Positions 29,146 to 38,102 of a stretch of DNA of 64,000 bases are shown here, piece after piece (within the stretch, counting starts at the first letter, position 1; the number at the start of each line of letters is the position of its first letter). Location: IMG/VR virus record IMGVR_UViG_3300020048_000054, positions 1 through 64,000 of that record. One strand, given 5' to 3'. This stretch comes from a virus. The notes below the pieces were generated by a model. The model did no database searches. It was not told the origin of the DNA and saw nothing but the letters and a program-made list of their open reading frames with translations. The translations under genes were made by a program, and so were the position numbers.

Positions 29146-29165
29146 GTGATAATTCTCCTAATTTG

Positions 29166-30341
29166 TTATAATACGGTGTCTGTATTTACGTTGGTGATGA
29201 CAATTTTAACATAATTAATAGATTTGGTTGGTTTGATATACAAATCTGCAACAAACTGATTTGAATCAACTATTGCAGCTGGATTATTTGATGCATCGCA
29301 TACAACTTTAAACCCATATAAACCACGACCATCTTGAATGTTTTGTAAGAAACCCACAGCAGCATTGGTGAACAATGATCTGGTTAGCTCATCATTGAGT
29401 TCAAAAAGAACACTCTGAGCAGTTCTGCTAACAGTTTTCTTGATGTAGTTGATTAGACGAACAACATTAATTCTCGTGAGAGTAGAAGTATCTCTAGCTT
29501 CTTTGGTTATGTCTCCGAACAAGAATGTACCAGATCCCGGAACACCAAGCATGTAATTGATTTTTGCGGTATATAAATTATCTTGCTCTGTTGCAGATGG
29601 ATTCTTTTTGAGTCTTATGATATTTAAGACACGACCTCTGCGAACTCCTGCAGGAGAGAACCATCTTTGTGTTTCTCTATCGGTTCTAACAAAGCAACCA
29701 GCAACATCTGATGCTAGTGGAATGTCAACATAATTCTCCACGCCGGTGTTTGAAAGTGCTAGTGATACTTTTTCACCACCAACTAACATTATATTACTTG
29801 ATGAAAGATTGTTTGCGGCTATTGGATATATGCCAGTTATTCCAGCCAATCCAGATGGAACACTTCCACCAGTGTAACCGTCATAAGTTACACCGACAAT
29901 ACCAACTAAATCAGTTCTTTGGGTACACATAGCTTCAACCCAACTAACTTGAGTTGTGCTTATATTTGAGGTGAATACGGAATCTAGAACTAGATTTTCG
30001 TCATATAGATTGGTGAGACTATTAGTAATGCGTAGTAAACCACCATAGAGAAGATAATTATAAGCAGAATACCAGTCAGTTTTCCAAGAACCAGTTGGAC
30101 CTGATCCGCTTACACCACCATATAAAGTGGTTCCATTGAGTCTAGAAACCCAAGCACCAGCAGATTCTATTGTCATGTACCCATTATCTTTTTCTAAAGT
30201 TACTCCAAATATATCAACTAAATTATCACCGGATAAGCCAGTGTTATATATTGCAGAAACATGGCTTCCAGAATCTTCTCCAGTCGCAACTATGAATGAA
30301 TTGTCAACTACGCTTACTGTAACATTTGGTCTTAGTGCCAT
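29166..30341 (-). CDS. gp18: Tail sheath protein (short, 391 aa)
   Basis: WFSPAG.RRG, RINVVRL, LFELNDE.TR, VVCD.SNN and IKPTKSINY. Confidence 0.92.
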   Translation of the reverse strand: MALRPNVTVSVVDNSFIVATGEDSGSHVSAIYNTGLSGDNLVDIFGVTLEKDNGYMTIESAGAWVSRLNGTTLYGGVSGSGPTGSWKTDWYSAYNYLLYGGLLRITNSLTNLYDENLVLDSVFTSNISTTQVSWVEAMCTQRTDLVGIVGVTYDGYTGGSVPSGLAGITGIYPIAANNLSSSNIMLVGGEKVSLALSNTGVENYVDIPLASDVAGCFVRTDRETQRWFSPAGVRRGRVLNIIRLKKNPSATEQDNLYTAKINYMLGVPGSGTFLFGDITKEARDTSTLTRINVVRLINYIKKTVSRTAQSVLFELNDELTRSLFTNAAVGFLQNIQDGRGLYGFKVVCDASNNPAAIVDSNQFVADLYIKPTKSINYVKIVITNVNTDTVL

Positions 30342-30350
30342 TTTTTTATT

Positions 30351-30385
30351 CTCCTAGAGATGTGGTTTGCTCTAGGGTTATTTAT
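30351..30385 (-). promoter_or_regulatory. Late promoter plus SD-occluding hairpin upstream of gp18
   Basis: ATAAATA (30379-30385); CCTAGAG/CTCTAGG stem overlapping the SD AGGAG. Confidence 0.6.
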
Positions 30386-32064
30386 CAAAATAGATTTTTA
30401 GAAGAATCTACGTTCCACAAGTCATTTCCGTCAGTAAATGTCTTCATGCTGTCCTCATCGTGGGTGGTAAGAAACCCAAACGGAGCCAAATCTTCTTCAA
30501 GCTGTTGTATCTCGTTTTTATATAGAGCAAGTCGAGTATCCAAATTAGTCAATTCCTTGAAATATGGTTGACAAGAAAGCCATGCAAACATCACCAAAGA
30601 CATGACAAGATCGTCTGTGTGTCCATCTTCTGCAGCAAAGCTTTGAGACTTGCTAACAAACGACATTAGCTCTGTCAGAATGTCATAGTCTTCCAACAGT
30701 AACTTATCCTGTTCTATTAGGTTTTTGAGAACCGAACACCCAATTCTTTTAACCTGACTAGTGGTTCTGATACCAAAGGTGCTTTCACCCCTACCGAACC
30801 CTCCGGTGACAACCTGACCCTTCCTACCCTTCATAGAAGACATCAGGACATGCTCATACTCAAGATCAGAATGTAGAATATCTGCAACCTGTCCACCAAT
30901 GTCATTGATCTCAATAAACAGATATGCTTTATTGTATTTGTATCCGGCTTTTTCTATGACTGTAGGAAAAAGCATGGGGGATATCAGATTATTCCTAAAC
31001 TTACACACCAACCGATACGGAGATGCGGTTGCGTCGATTACCGAAAATGCGCTATAGTCTTTTCCCTGTCCTCTTGCGGTATCAACTGTAATAAAATATA
31101 AATGATCTTCTATTGGTTCTTCGTATACAGTAAGACCCTCTCTTGTTAAATATAGAGGTTCTTTCCATGCCATTACATTTAGTTTAGAAGTTGATATTAA
31201 AGTATTAGAAGATCCTAAGAAGTTACACTCAAACTCAGACTCGAATTGCTTTTCCGATGTCTGCTTGATCATCTCCTCTTTCCACTTTTGATCTCTCAGC
31301 ATACCACCCGAAGTGGTTGGAACTTTTGTCCAATGTACTTCTATGGGAATGTATTCATTCTTACCCGGATCTCCTTCTTTCTTTGTGGCACCCTTCCATA
31401 GTTTATAAAACATGTTCAAACCATTTGGAGTGGAGATCAGCAGCACTTTAGTACTCACACCGGAGGTGATTGTAGGGAACACGGAACTGAAGAACTCTTC
31501 TGCGATATTTCCCGGAACGAATGCAAATTCATCGAGGAACAACATGTTATAAGAACCACCACGGACTGCAGATGCAGAAGTAGATGATGCAAGAATCTTA
31601 GAACCGTTCTCTAATTGAATTGATCCTTTATTCCATTCCAGAATTCCTTGTTGTAACCATGTTGGCAAATATTCATATGCTAGCTTTAGACGAGACAACA
31701 TTTCTCTAGCAGTTGTTTGTTTATTCGCTAGAATAGCAACACTCATGTTTTGATTAAACAGAATGTAATGAAGAATGTATGCAATAACTGTAGTAGACTT
31801 TCCAGACTGTCTTGGAAGTTTAGCAATCACATATCGATTGTTGTGTATCTTATCAATGATGTCTTCTTGATAATCGTATAACTCAAAGGGAACAAGTCCC
31901 TTATCTAGAGTTACAATTTTTATGTAATGCTTGATAAAATAAATTGGATCATTTGCACACTTTACATATTCTTCAACTTGTTCCTTGGTGAATTCAATTT
32001 TTACACCAGGCCCCTTTAGATTGGGATTACCGAGATAACTCTTACTTGGATTGTTGTTCCTCAT
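30385..32064 (-). CDS. gp17: Terminase large subunit
   Basis: YLGNPNLK, PRQSGKST, FLDEFAF, STPNG and DDLVM. Confidence 0.97.
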   Translation of the reverse strand: MRNNNPSKSYLGNPNLKGPGVKIEFTKEQVEEYVKCANDPIYFIKHYIKIVTLDKGLVPFELYDYQEDIIDKIHNNRYVIAKLPRQSGKSTTVIAYILHYILFNQNMSVAILANKQTTAREMLSRLKLAYEYLPTWLQQGILEWNKGSIQLENGSKILASSTSASAVRGGSYNMLFLDEFAFVPGNIAEEFFSSVFPTITSGVSTKVLLISTPNGLNMFYKLWKGATKKEGDPGKNEYIPIEVHWTKVPTTSGGMLRDQKWKEEMIKQTSEKQFESEFECNFLGSSNTLISTSKLNVMAWKEPLYLTREGLTVYEEPIEDHLYFITVDTARGQGKDYSAFSVIDATASPYRLVCKFRNNLISPMLFPTVIEKAGYKYNKAYLFIEINDIGGQVADILHSDLEYEHVLMSSMKGRKGQVVTGGFGRGESTFGIRTTSQVKRIGCSVLKNLIEQDKLLLEDYDILTELMSFVSKSQSFAAEDGHTDDLVMSLVMFAWLSCQPYFKELTNLDTRLALYKNEIQQLEEDLAPFGFLTTHDEDSMKTFTDGNDLWNVDSSKNLF

Positions 32065-32503
32065 TATTATCCAATGCCTTTCTTCTACTTCGACCTTGAT
32101 TTACAAGATCTTGCAGATCACTCGTAGAACCAACATATATCGCATTTGTTGTGTTATTATTCACTGTGATTTTTTCTTTTTCAATTTCTTTTTTTTGCTG
32201 ATATAGACCCATTAGATCTTTGTTCATCTCAGCTAGCTGTTTTGCAAAGTTAGAAACAACTTCGAATCCACGAGGAGAATCTAGACTTTCTGCCAGTGAT
32301 ATTGCATTCTCTAGGCTATCTTTACCCTTGTCTATTAATTCTTTCAGATTAAGTCTTGCATATTCAAAATCATTATCCATTCTTTTGTCTGCAGGAATTC
32401 CCTCTGCTACTTTTACTTGTCTTAATTCTTTCTTTGGGGCAGAAAAATCAACTCCAAGACTTTCGGATATAGTATCAAACACTTTTGGAATATTTTCTTT
32501 CAT
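32042..32503 (-). CDS. gp16: Terminase small subunit
   Basis: DFEYAR.NL, SPRGFEV and NAIYVGSTSDLQ. Confidence 0.93.
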   Translation of the reverse strand: MKENIPKVFDTISESLGVDFSAPKKELRQVKVAEGIPADKRMDNDFEYARLNLKELIDKGKDSLENAISLAESLDSPRGFEVVSNFAKQLAEMNKDLMGLYQQKKEIEKEKITVNNNTTNAIYVGSTSDLQDLVNQGRSRRKALDNNEEQQSK

Positions 32504-33159
32504 AGGGTATTGTCCTCAAGTATATTGACATCAATTTCTTTAATAATCCCAAAGTCACTTACTCTACTGAATATATGTGCTTTAGCAGTGAATGAGAAAG
32601 AAGAAATAACAGATCTTCTTGTTGTCATATCTCCTTCATACTGTTCTGTCATGTTTGTTGTATTGAGTATTATTGGAACATCAACATTAGTATCTACGTC
32701 ATTCATCTTAAGAGTAACTATAAATTCTGGAGAGAAGTATGGAAGTATTTGTTCCATTATTTGTAGATTATCATCGACGGTTCTTGTGAAACAATATAAA
32801 GAAAATTGCACATTATATGGAACTTCTGAATATGCTTGTTGTGTATACGTTTCTCCGTTTACTAATGAACTTTTAAACTTTTTGTTTATTTTGTTTATTT
32901 TTCTAGTGGGATCATATTGAAGAGTTGTCATCTCAAATGCCATTTTAGGAAGCAAAGTTTCGATTTTAACATTACTAGAAATAGAACTTGATTCGTTAAT
33001 TCTTCTGATAAATTTTTCTTTACCAGAATATGTAAGAGGAACTCTTGTTCTTTCTATTTTGCCATCTGATGTGTCTTTTGAAATATAAATTTCATCAAAC
33101 AATCCACCAAACGCTAATGTTAATTTTCTTAATGTTTGATTATAAAAGTATTGAAACAT
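32500..33159 (-). CDS. gp15: Tail sheath stabiliser / completion protein
   Basis: AFGGLF, VPL.Y..KEKF, YDP.RK and QI.EQILPYF.P. Confidence 0.93.
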   Translation of the reverse strand: MFQYFYNQTLRKLTLAFGGLFDEIYISKDTSDGKIERTRVPLTYSGKEKFIRRINESSSISSNVKIETLLPKMAFEMTTLQYDPTRKINKINKKFKSSLVNGETYTQQAYSEVPYNVQFSLYCFTRTVDDNLQIMEQILPYFSPEFIVTLKMNDVDTNVDVPIILNTTNMTEQYEGDMTTRRSVISSFSFTAKAHIFSRVSDFGIIKEIDVNILEDNTL

Positions 33160-34085
33160 TAGTATATTCCTTCAGAAAATGGATCAATATCGGTAAAGTT
33201 GTATACATCAAGTGAATCTTCAGTATATTTAATGGATTCATTATCACCTGTGGAGAGAGAATCTATCGGAGATATTGGAATTATGAGATTAGTTCCAGTT
33301 ATACCTGTAACATAATATTCGGCACCAGACTCTTTTCCTCGAATACTTTGTGAGTTGTATAGGAACGAACCACTAATTCCATATACTTCCATTGTGTTAC
33401 TAGTTGGATAGAATTTAACACAATGAGCTTCTGCAGTTGCATTTGCATATGCTCCTCCAGTAGCACCAGTGATTCCGCGTACCTGATATACCATTTCTCC
33501 ATCGTAGAAAATTTTACCAGTAGAAATTTGAGTAGATATGCTAAACAAATCTACTTCTGCTCTATTTTCTGTTGTTACTGCATCAATATCAGTTTCACCT
33601 GTTGCAAACTCATCACCATCTTCTAGTGTAGTTAGTTCGCAGATTAGTGAGTATGTGTATAACTTACCGGCTTGATAAAACGGATTTTCGTGTTCTACAA
33701 AGTTAATTTCAAACAATCCACTACTGAGAGGAAAATAAATTAAATCTCCTTCTCTTGGTCTTGTTATTCCATCATATTTTTCTGCTATTTCTTTATTAAA
33801 TCGTTTCTTAGAAATAATAAGAGTAATTTTATCTCTTACCTCTAATCCAAACTTCGAGATGATATCTCCCTCTCCTTCAAAACCAGAAACAGATTGAATA
33901 TACATTTCTAAAGGAAACGATTTACTAAATCTATATTGAGCTTCTCCGAATTCAACATTTTTATTATATTGTTCGCGAGGAATATAAAGCATATCCCTAC
34001 CCATAGCTTTGATGATCTCTATAGAGAGATCTTCAATTATGTTTTGCTCGCCTGAGTAGTCTTTGAAGTAGGGATTCTTTGCCAT
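33159..34085 (-). CDS. gp14: Neck protein
   Basis: YIPR, SKFGLEVRD, RPREGDLIYFP, FVEHE.PFYQ.GK and DPF. Confidence 0.93.
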   Translation of the reverse strand: MAKNPYFKDYSGEQNIIEDLSIEIIKAMGRDMLYIPREQYNKNVEFGEAQYRFSKSFPLEMYIQSVSGFEGEGDIISKFGLEVRDKITLIISKKRFNKEIAEKYDGITRPREGDLIYFPLSSGLFEINFVEHENPFYQAGKLYTYSLICELTTLEDGDEFATGETDIDAVTTENRAEVDLFSISTQISTGKIFYDGEMVYQVRGITGATGGAYANATAEAHCVKFYPTSNTMEVYGISGSFLYNSQSIRGKESGAEYYVTGITGTNLIIPISPIDSLSTGDNESIKYTEDSLDVYNFTDIDPFSEGIY

Positions 34086-34086
34086 A

Positions 34087-34893
34087 TTAACCGATCATGA
34101 AATTTATGGGGAGTTCGTACTCTAGCTGGATCTGTTGTTCGATGAGAGCAATTTCGTTCTGAGCTTCTGCTACAATCTCTGGACCTCGAAGAGTGACTCC
34201 ACCTGGCAGAACAACTCCACCAAATTTAGCCATATTCATTCCCCATTGTCTTTTGATCAGAGCAGTCAGATACTTCTTGAGTAATCTGTCGTTGTAGATT
34301 TCCGTAAATTTGTCTGGGTTTAGAAGAACATAAGCTTCGATCATGATGTTGGCTCCTGGAACTAATTCCTGTTGCCAATTCATTTCGACATGTAGCTTAT
34401 TTGTTACTTTACTAAATCGTATAGTTTTTTCTGGTTGAAACATATCCGAAATCAGATTAATATAACGCTTGGTGCTGTCATATTGAGCTAATCCCAGATT
34501 TGTGCTGGACATGAGGTTGGTATTAATACCAAAGTAATCGGTAAGAGCCATTTGGTATCTAACATCGAACATAGACAAATTACCAAATGGGCCAAACTGG
34601 AATAGTTTGACTACGGTGACTATATCCATCCCGGTTGGTCCATCGCCACCAAACCCATTTACCGGACCAAGAGTATCGGTGTTGATATATTCATTGGCTA
34701 TATCTTGTGCAGTAACGGGATAAAGAAAGAAAGCTTTCTCTACTCCGTCAAAGTGTCTTTCAGAGAACTGTTGCAAAGCATCATCTAAACGGTCTTCACA
34801 TTGCTGCCAATCTACATTAATATCAACAACTGGTGCTCCCAGCTGTCTCAATGAGTATTCGATAAGAGTTTGTCGTGAATTAGGTGCTGCCAT
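34087..34893 (-). CDS. gp13: Neck protein
   Basis: LGAPVVDINVD..Q.EDR, HFDG and KRQWG.N..KF.G..LPGGVTL. Confidence 0.94.
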   Translation of the reverse strand: MAAPNSRQTLIEYSLRQLGAPVVDINVDWQQCEDRLDDALQQFSERHFDGVEKAFFLYPVTAQDIANEYINTDTLGPVNGFGGDGPTGMDIVTVVKLFQFGPFGNLSMFDVRYQMALTDYFGINTNLMSSTNLGLAQYDSTKRYINLISDMFQPEKTIRFSKVTNKLHVEMNWQQELVPGANIMIEAYVLLNPDKFTEIYNDRLLKKYLTALIKRQWGMNMAKFGGVVLPGGVTLRGPEIVAEAQNEIALIEQQIQLEYELPINFMIG

Positions 34894-34920
34894 AAAATCT
34901 CCTTAAAGGTATTTATGGCA
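34888..34920 (-). promoter_or_regulatory. Late promoter inside a start-codon-occluding hairpin upstream of gp13
   Basis: Perfect 9-bp inverted repeat TGCCATAAA/TTTATGGCA enclosing the SD; ATAAATA at 34910-34916. Confidence 0.7.
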
Positions 34921-34928
34921 TTAACCAA

Positions 34929-35519
34929 TTACCCTAATTGCTGTGTGTTTAATGTAGTTTCATCTTTAGGTAACATCTTTGCATCTCTTTCATCCATAGC
35001 TTTCTGCATAGCTTCAGGCATGTCTGGAAGAGTCACTGGCATCTTATTTAGATCATCGAACGCTATATTCTCAAGATAATACTTTCGAGTGATCGGTGAT
35101 ATAGCTTCGTCTGGTTTGCTAGCGACATAGTTAGTAAACCCAGGCATGGTGATTGGGCAGTTCAACTTTGGATAGTCTAGCTTGCTGTAATCATTACCAT
35201 TTGCAACTAACCAAGTACCAGCACGATCCCCACAGCCACATCCGCCACAGAAATACTGTCCATCTGTCTTACTTTCCTTCAAATGCTCGCAGGGAGGAAC
35301 CACGCCGTTCAGGTGCTTATCTCCGAAGCAGCTGAGAACTCTCAATTGCTTTGTTGCTCTGTTTATCTTCTTTTCGTTTAGACCCTTAGAAGTAAGAGAC
35401 ATAGCAAAACTCTGTATCATTCCTATTTTTCTAGAAATAATATTTTTAGTATCTGGTACAGTCACTGTTCTGAATTTTATTGGGTCTGGCTTACTAGAAC
35501 ACGTTTTTTCATCACTCAT
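34929..35519 (-). CDS. Cys-motif hypothetical protein (possibly metal-binding)
   Basis: R..SC...PC...CGGCGC...K...CP spacing. Confidence 0.65.
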   Translation of the reverse strand: MSDEKTCSSKPDPIKFRTVTVPDTKNIISRKIGMIQSFAMSLTSKGLNEKKINRATKQLRVLSCFGDKHLNGVVPPCEHLKESKTDGQYFCGGCGCGDRAGTWLVANGNDYSKLDYPKLNCPITMPGFTNYVASKPDEAISPITRKYYLENIAFDDLNKMPVTLPDMPEAMQKAMDERDAKMLPKDETTLNTQQLG

Positions 35520-35524
35520 AATAA

Positions 35525-38101
35525 TTACTCCAGTTCAATCCTTCGAATAAGACGAACATTAACTTTAGTTCTTCTTGGTACTAAGTATATAGATCCATAA
35601 TCTTTCTTGCTGTAACTCTGTCCAAACATAAATGCTTGGTTTTTAAATATCTGAGAATCTAAATCAAATTTGGTGCTAGATTGCATTTTAAAATATGGTG
35701 TAGATGTCAAATATATGCCGCTATTCATAGATTTGAATGCTTCTGGAATGAAAAATCCATGATTCAATTTGTTATTAACAAATTCAAGCTCATTCTTTGA
35801 TGGCAAATACCAACCAGAAAGTCTGGAATGCTCTCTTAGTTTTTCCATGGCTTTAGATTGTATGCCATAGTATACATTGCTATCTCCAAATGTATTCCAC
35901 ATACCATCATACATTGATGGTGGAATTACCTCGGTGCTTTCAAATTCATCATTTAAGAAATCCATAGTGTAATCATTTGATGCAACAACAATTGCCCATT
36001 TCTTATTAGTAGTACCATATCCAACCACAGATGGTTTGTATGCAAAAGCACTACCAGTTGTAGGATTACCTGTTACTGTTGAACCTATGGTATTTACAGG
36101 ATTGCCTGGTTCAAATATTCCAACATATAATCCATTCTTGTAGTAAGTTAAATCAGAGGTTGGTAATGTATTTTCTGGAGCAGTAAAGGCATTTACTCGA
36201 AGACTTCTATTTGATATTTCATCACAATTGACGCAATTTTCCAAATCTGGGGAGTCTATGCAACATATACGACCCTCCTGAAAAAATCCTCCTGCCCGAT
36301 CACAAGCACCTTCGGTGGTTGAAATACAATTCCTTGTATCAAAATCACCACAGCAACTTCCAAGTATTTGAGAGCTACAGATGACTTCATCTGGTTCTAC
36401 CACAGCTAAACACCTAGTATTGATGCACGATAAATCTATTATATCTGTAATTGATCTAGTTGGTTGATTATCAAAATCAGCAGAATCGCTAGAAATTTTG
36501 ACAATACCATTATTTTCATCTACAGCAAAACAAAATTCTTTACTTGGATCGTAATCATTAATTTCAGTATCAAATAAAGAATTAGAACACGAAACTAGTT
36601 TATATTTTTTAACAGGAATATTTAACTCAGAATTTTCAGAACTGCATGTCATGGTTCCATTACTTTCAATTCCGCATATTGTATAAGCACCCAATGAAAC
36701 TCTAACATAATCCTTTGCAGGTAAGCTTCTTACTATTGATTTAATTCTATTAACGGTTGCGGTATTAAATGGAGAATAATAGTCAAAACTTTTATCCTTT
36801 TTTTGCACAGCAAATCCTAGAGTTGATACGCTAAATAAAACACCACCAGTAGGATCTGTTAGCAAAGATGTTACCTTAAAATCATAAACATTATGTTGAT
36901 ATAATTTAATTAATTGATCAATTGGTAGTGTATTATTGTTGAAAGTTCTATACTGATTAGTTTTTCCATTATAGAATCTACCAGTTATTTTTACTCTCTC
37001 ACTTGTATTGTTTATACTAGCACTGAATGTTCTGGTTGCTATTAGATCTTTTACAGGAAGAGTTGGTGGTGTTACTGGTACTGGTGAATCTGATGCATTT
37101 GTAAAACTTTCACTGAATTTAGGAGAGGCAAAATATACAGGTACTGAATTTTCATTTAGTATTGCAAAATATCCATTAGACCATATTTCATTTTCTGGTA
37201 AATCAAAATTCATTGAATATGCACCAGGACATAGTTTTGTTACTCCAACACCAACTAATGATTTTGCTTCATTTGTGATGTCTATAGAAGTTTGATTTTC
37301 GTGTCTTGGAGCTAATATAACATCATATAAAAATGGAACAGTTTCATTTCTTATTTGAAAAGCAAATTGATTTACTGATTGAATAAACTTGCCCATGAAT
37401 CTTGAGTCATACCAAGACTTTGTTCCGCATCTGTTGGAATCTGGAAGATTCCAACAAAACAAATTAGTACCATTGCTACACGAATTCATTACATTATCAT
37501 TACTTATAGAGAGCGCACATTCATCTCGAACAGGAAATGCTGCTCCTACTTGAGTATCACACTGTCTTCCGTTTGTGTAGAAGATTGATGTGTATGGAAA
37601 TGCAGCCAATTCAGCACATTCTTTTTCTGAACATAAATCGGTGCAATTAGAAACTACTGTACCATCATCTAAAAACTCTGGATGGCAACATGCTCTCTTT
37701 TTTCTAAAATCTATTTGATTAGACTTACTAGCAGATCCAGAAATACACCAACCATCCTTTATACCTAAATCTGTTTGAGTTTCCGTACAAGTTGCTAAAT
37801 CTCCTGCTTTCCATAATCCACTAAGAGATTCGCATTCACATAATGTTGTTTTTTGTAACTTGCTTGATGTTGTTGACTTGCACGCACAGCAGCATCCAAG
37901 AGTCGAAGGAGTTATTGAATTATCACAATCTCCTGCAATAAAGTGTCCACCTGAACTATTACATTCGGTTAAACTTGTGTTGGCAGTACGATTAACTGTT
38001 CCTTCGGTTATAACGTGACAACATCCAGTTATTCCAGAATTTGCAATATACTGCGAATAATCAACTGATGTTTGTGATCTTGTTCTAAATTGAACCGACA
38101 T
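35525..38101 (-). CDS. Cys-rich fibre/adhesin-like protein with RCC1-like repeats and a DUF1566-like C-terminus
   Basis: Start reassigned to MSVQFRTRS (38101); xxCC repeats; VSLGAYTICGIESNG; GWYLPSKNEL...VRLIRR. Confidence 0.65.
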   Translation of the reverse strand: MSVQFRTRSQTSVDYSQYIANSGITGCCHVITEGTVNRTANTSLTECNSSGGHFIAGDCDNSITPSTLGCCCACKSTTSSKLQKTTLCECESLSGLWKAGDLATCTETQTDLGIKDGWCISGSASKSNQIDFRKKRACCHPEFLDDGTVVSNCTDLCSEKECAELAAFPYTSIFYTNGRQCDTQVGAAFPVRDECALSISNDNVMNSCSNGTNLFCWNLPDSNRCGTKSWYDSRFMGKFIQSVNQFAFQIRNETVPFLYDVILAPRHENQTSIDITNEAKSLVGVGVTKLCPGAYSMNFDLPENEIWSNGYFAILNENSVPVYFASPKFSESFTNASDSPVPVTPPTLPVKDLIATRTFSASINNTSERVKITGRFYNGKTNQYRTFNNNTLPIDQLIKLYQHNVYDFKVTSLLTDPTGGVLFSVSTLGFAVQKKDKSFDYYSPFNTATVNRIKSIVRSLPAKDYVRVSLGAYTICGIESNGTMTCSSENSELNIPVKKYKLVSCSNSLFDTEINDYDPSKEFCFAVDENNGIVKISSDSADFDNQPTRSITDIIDLSCINTRCLAVVEPDEVICSSQILGSCCGDFDTRNCISTTEGACDRAGGFFQEGRICCIDSPDLENCVNCDEISNRSLRVNAFTAPENTLPTSDLTYYKNGLYVGIFEPGNPVNTIGSTVTGNPTTGSAFAYKPSVVGYGTTNKKWAIVVASNDYTMDFLNDEFESTEVIPPSMYDGMWNTFGDSNVYYGIQSKAMEKLREHSRLSGWYLPSKNELEFVNNKLNHGFFIPEAFKSMNSGIYLTSTPYFKMQSSTKFDLDSQIFKNQAFMFGQSYSKKDYGSIYLVPRRTKVNVRLIRRIELE

Positions 38102-38102
38102 A

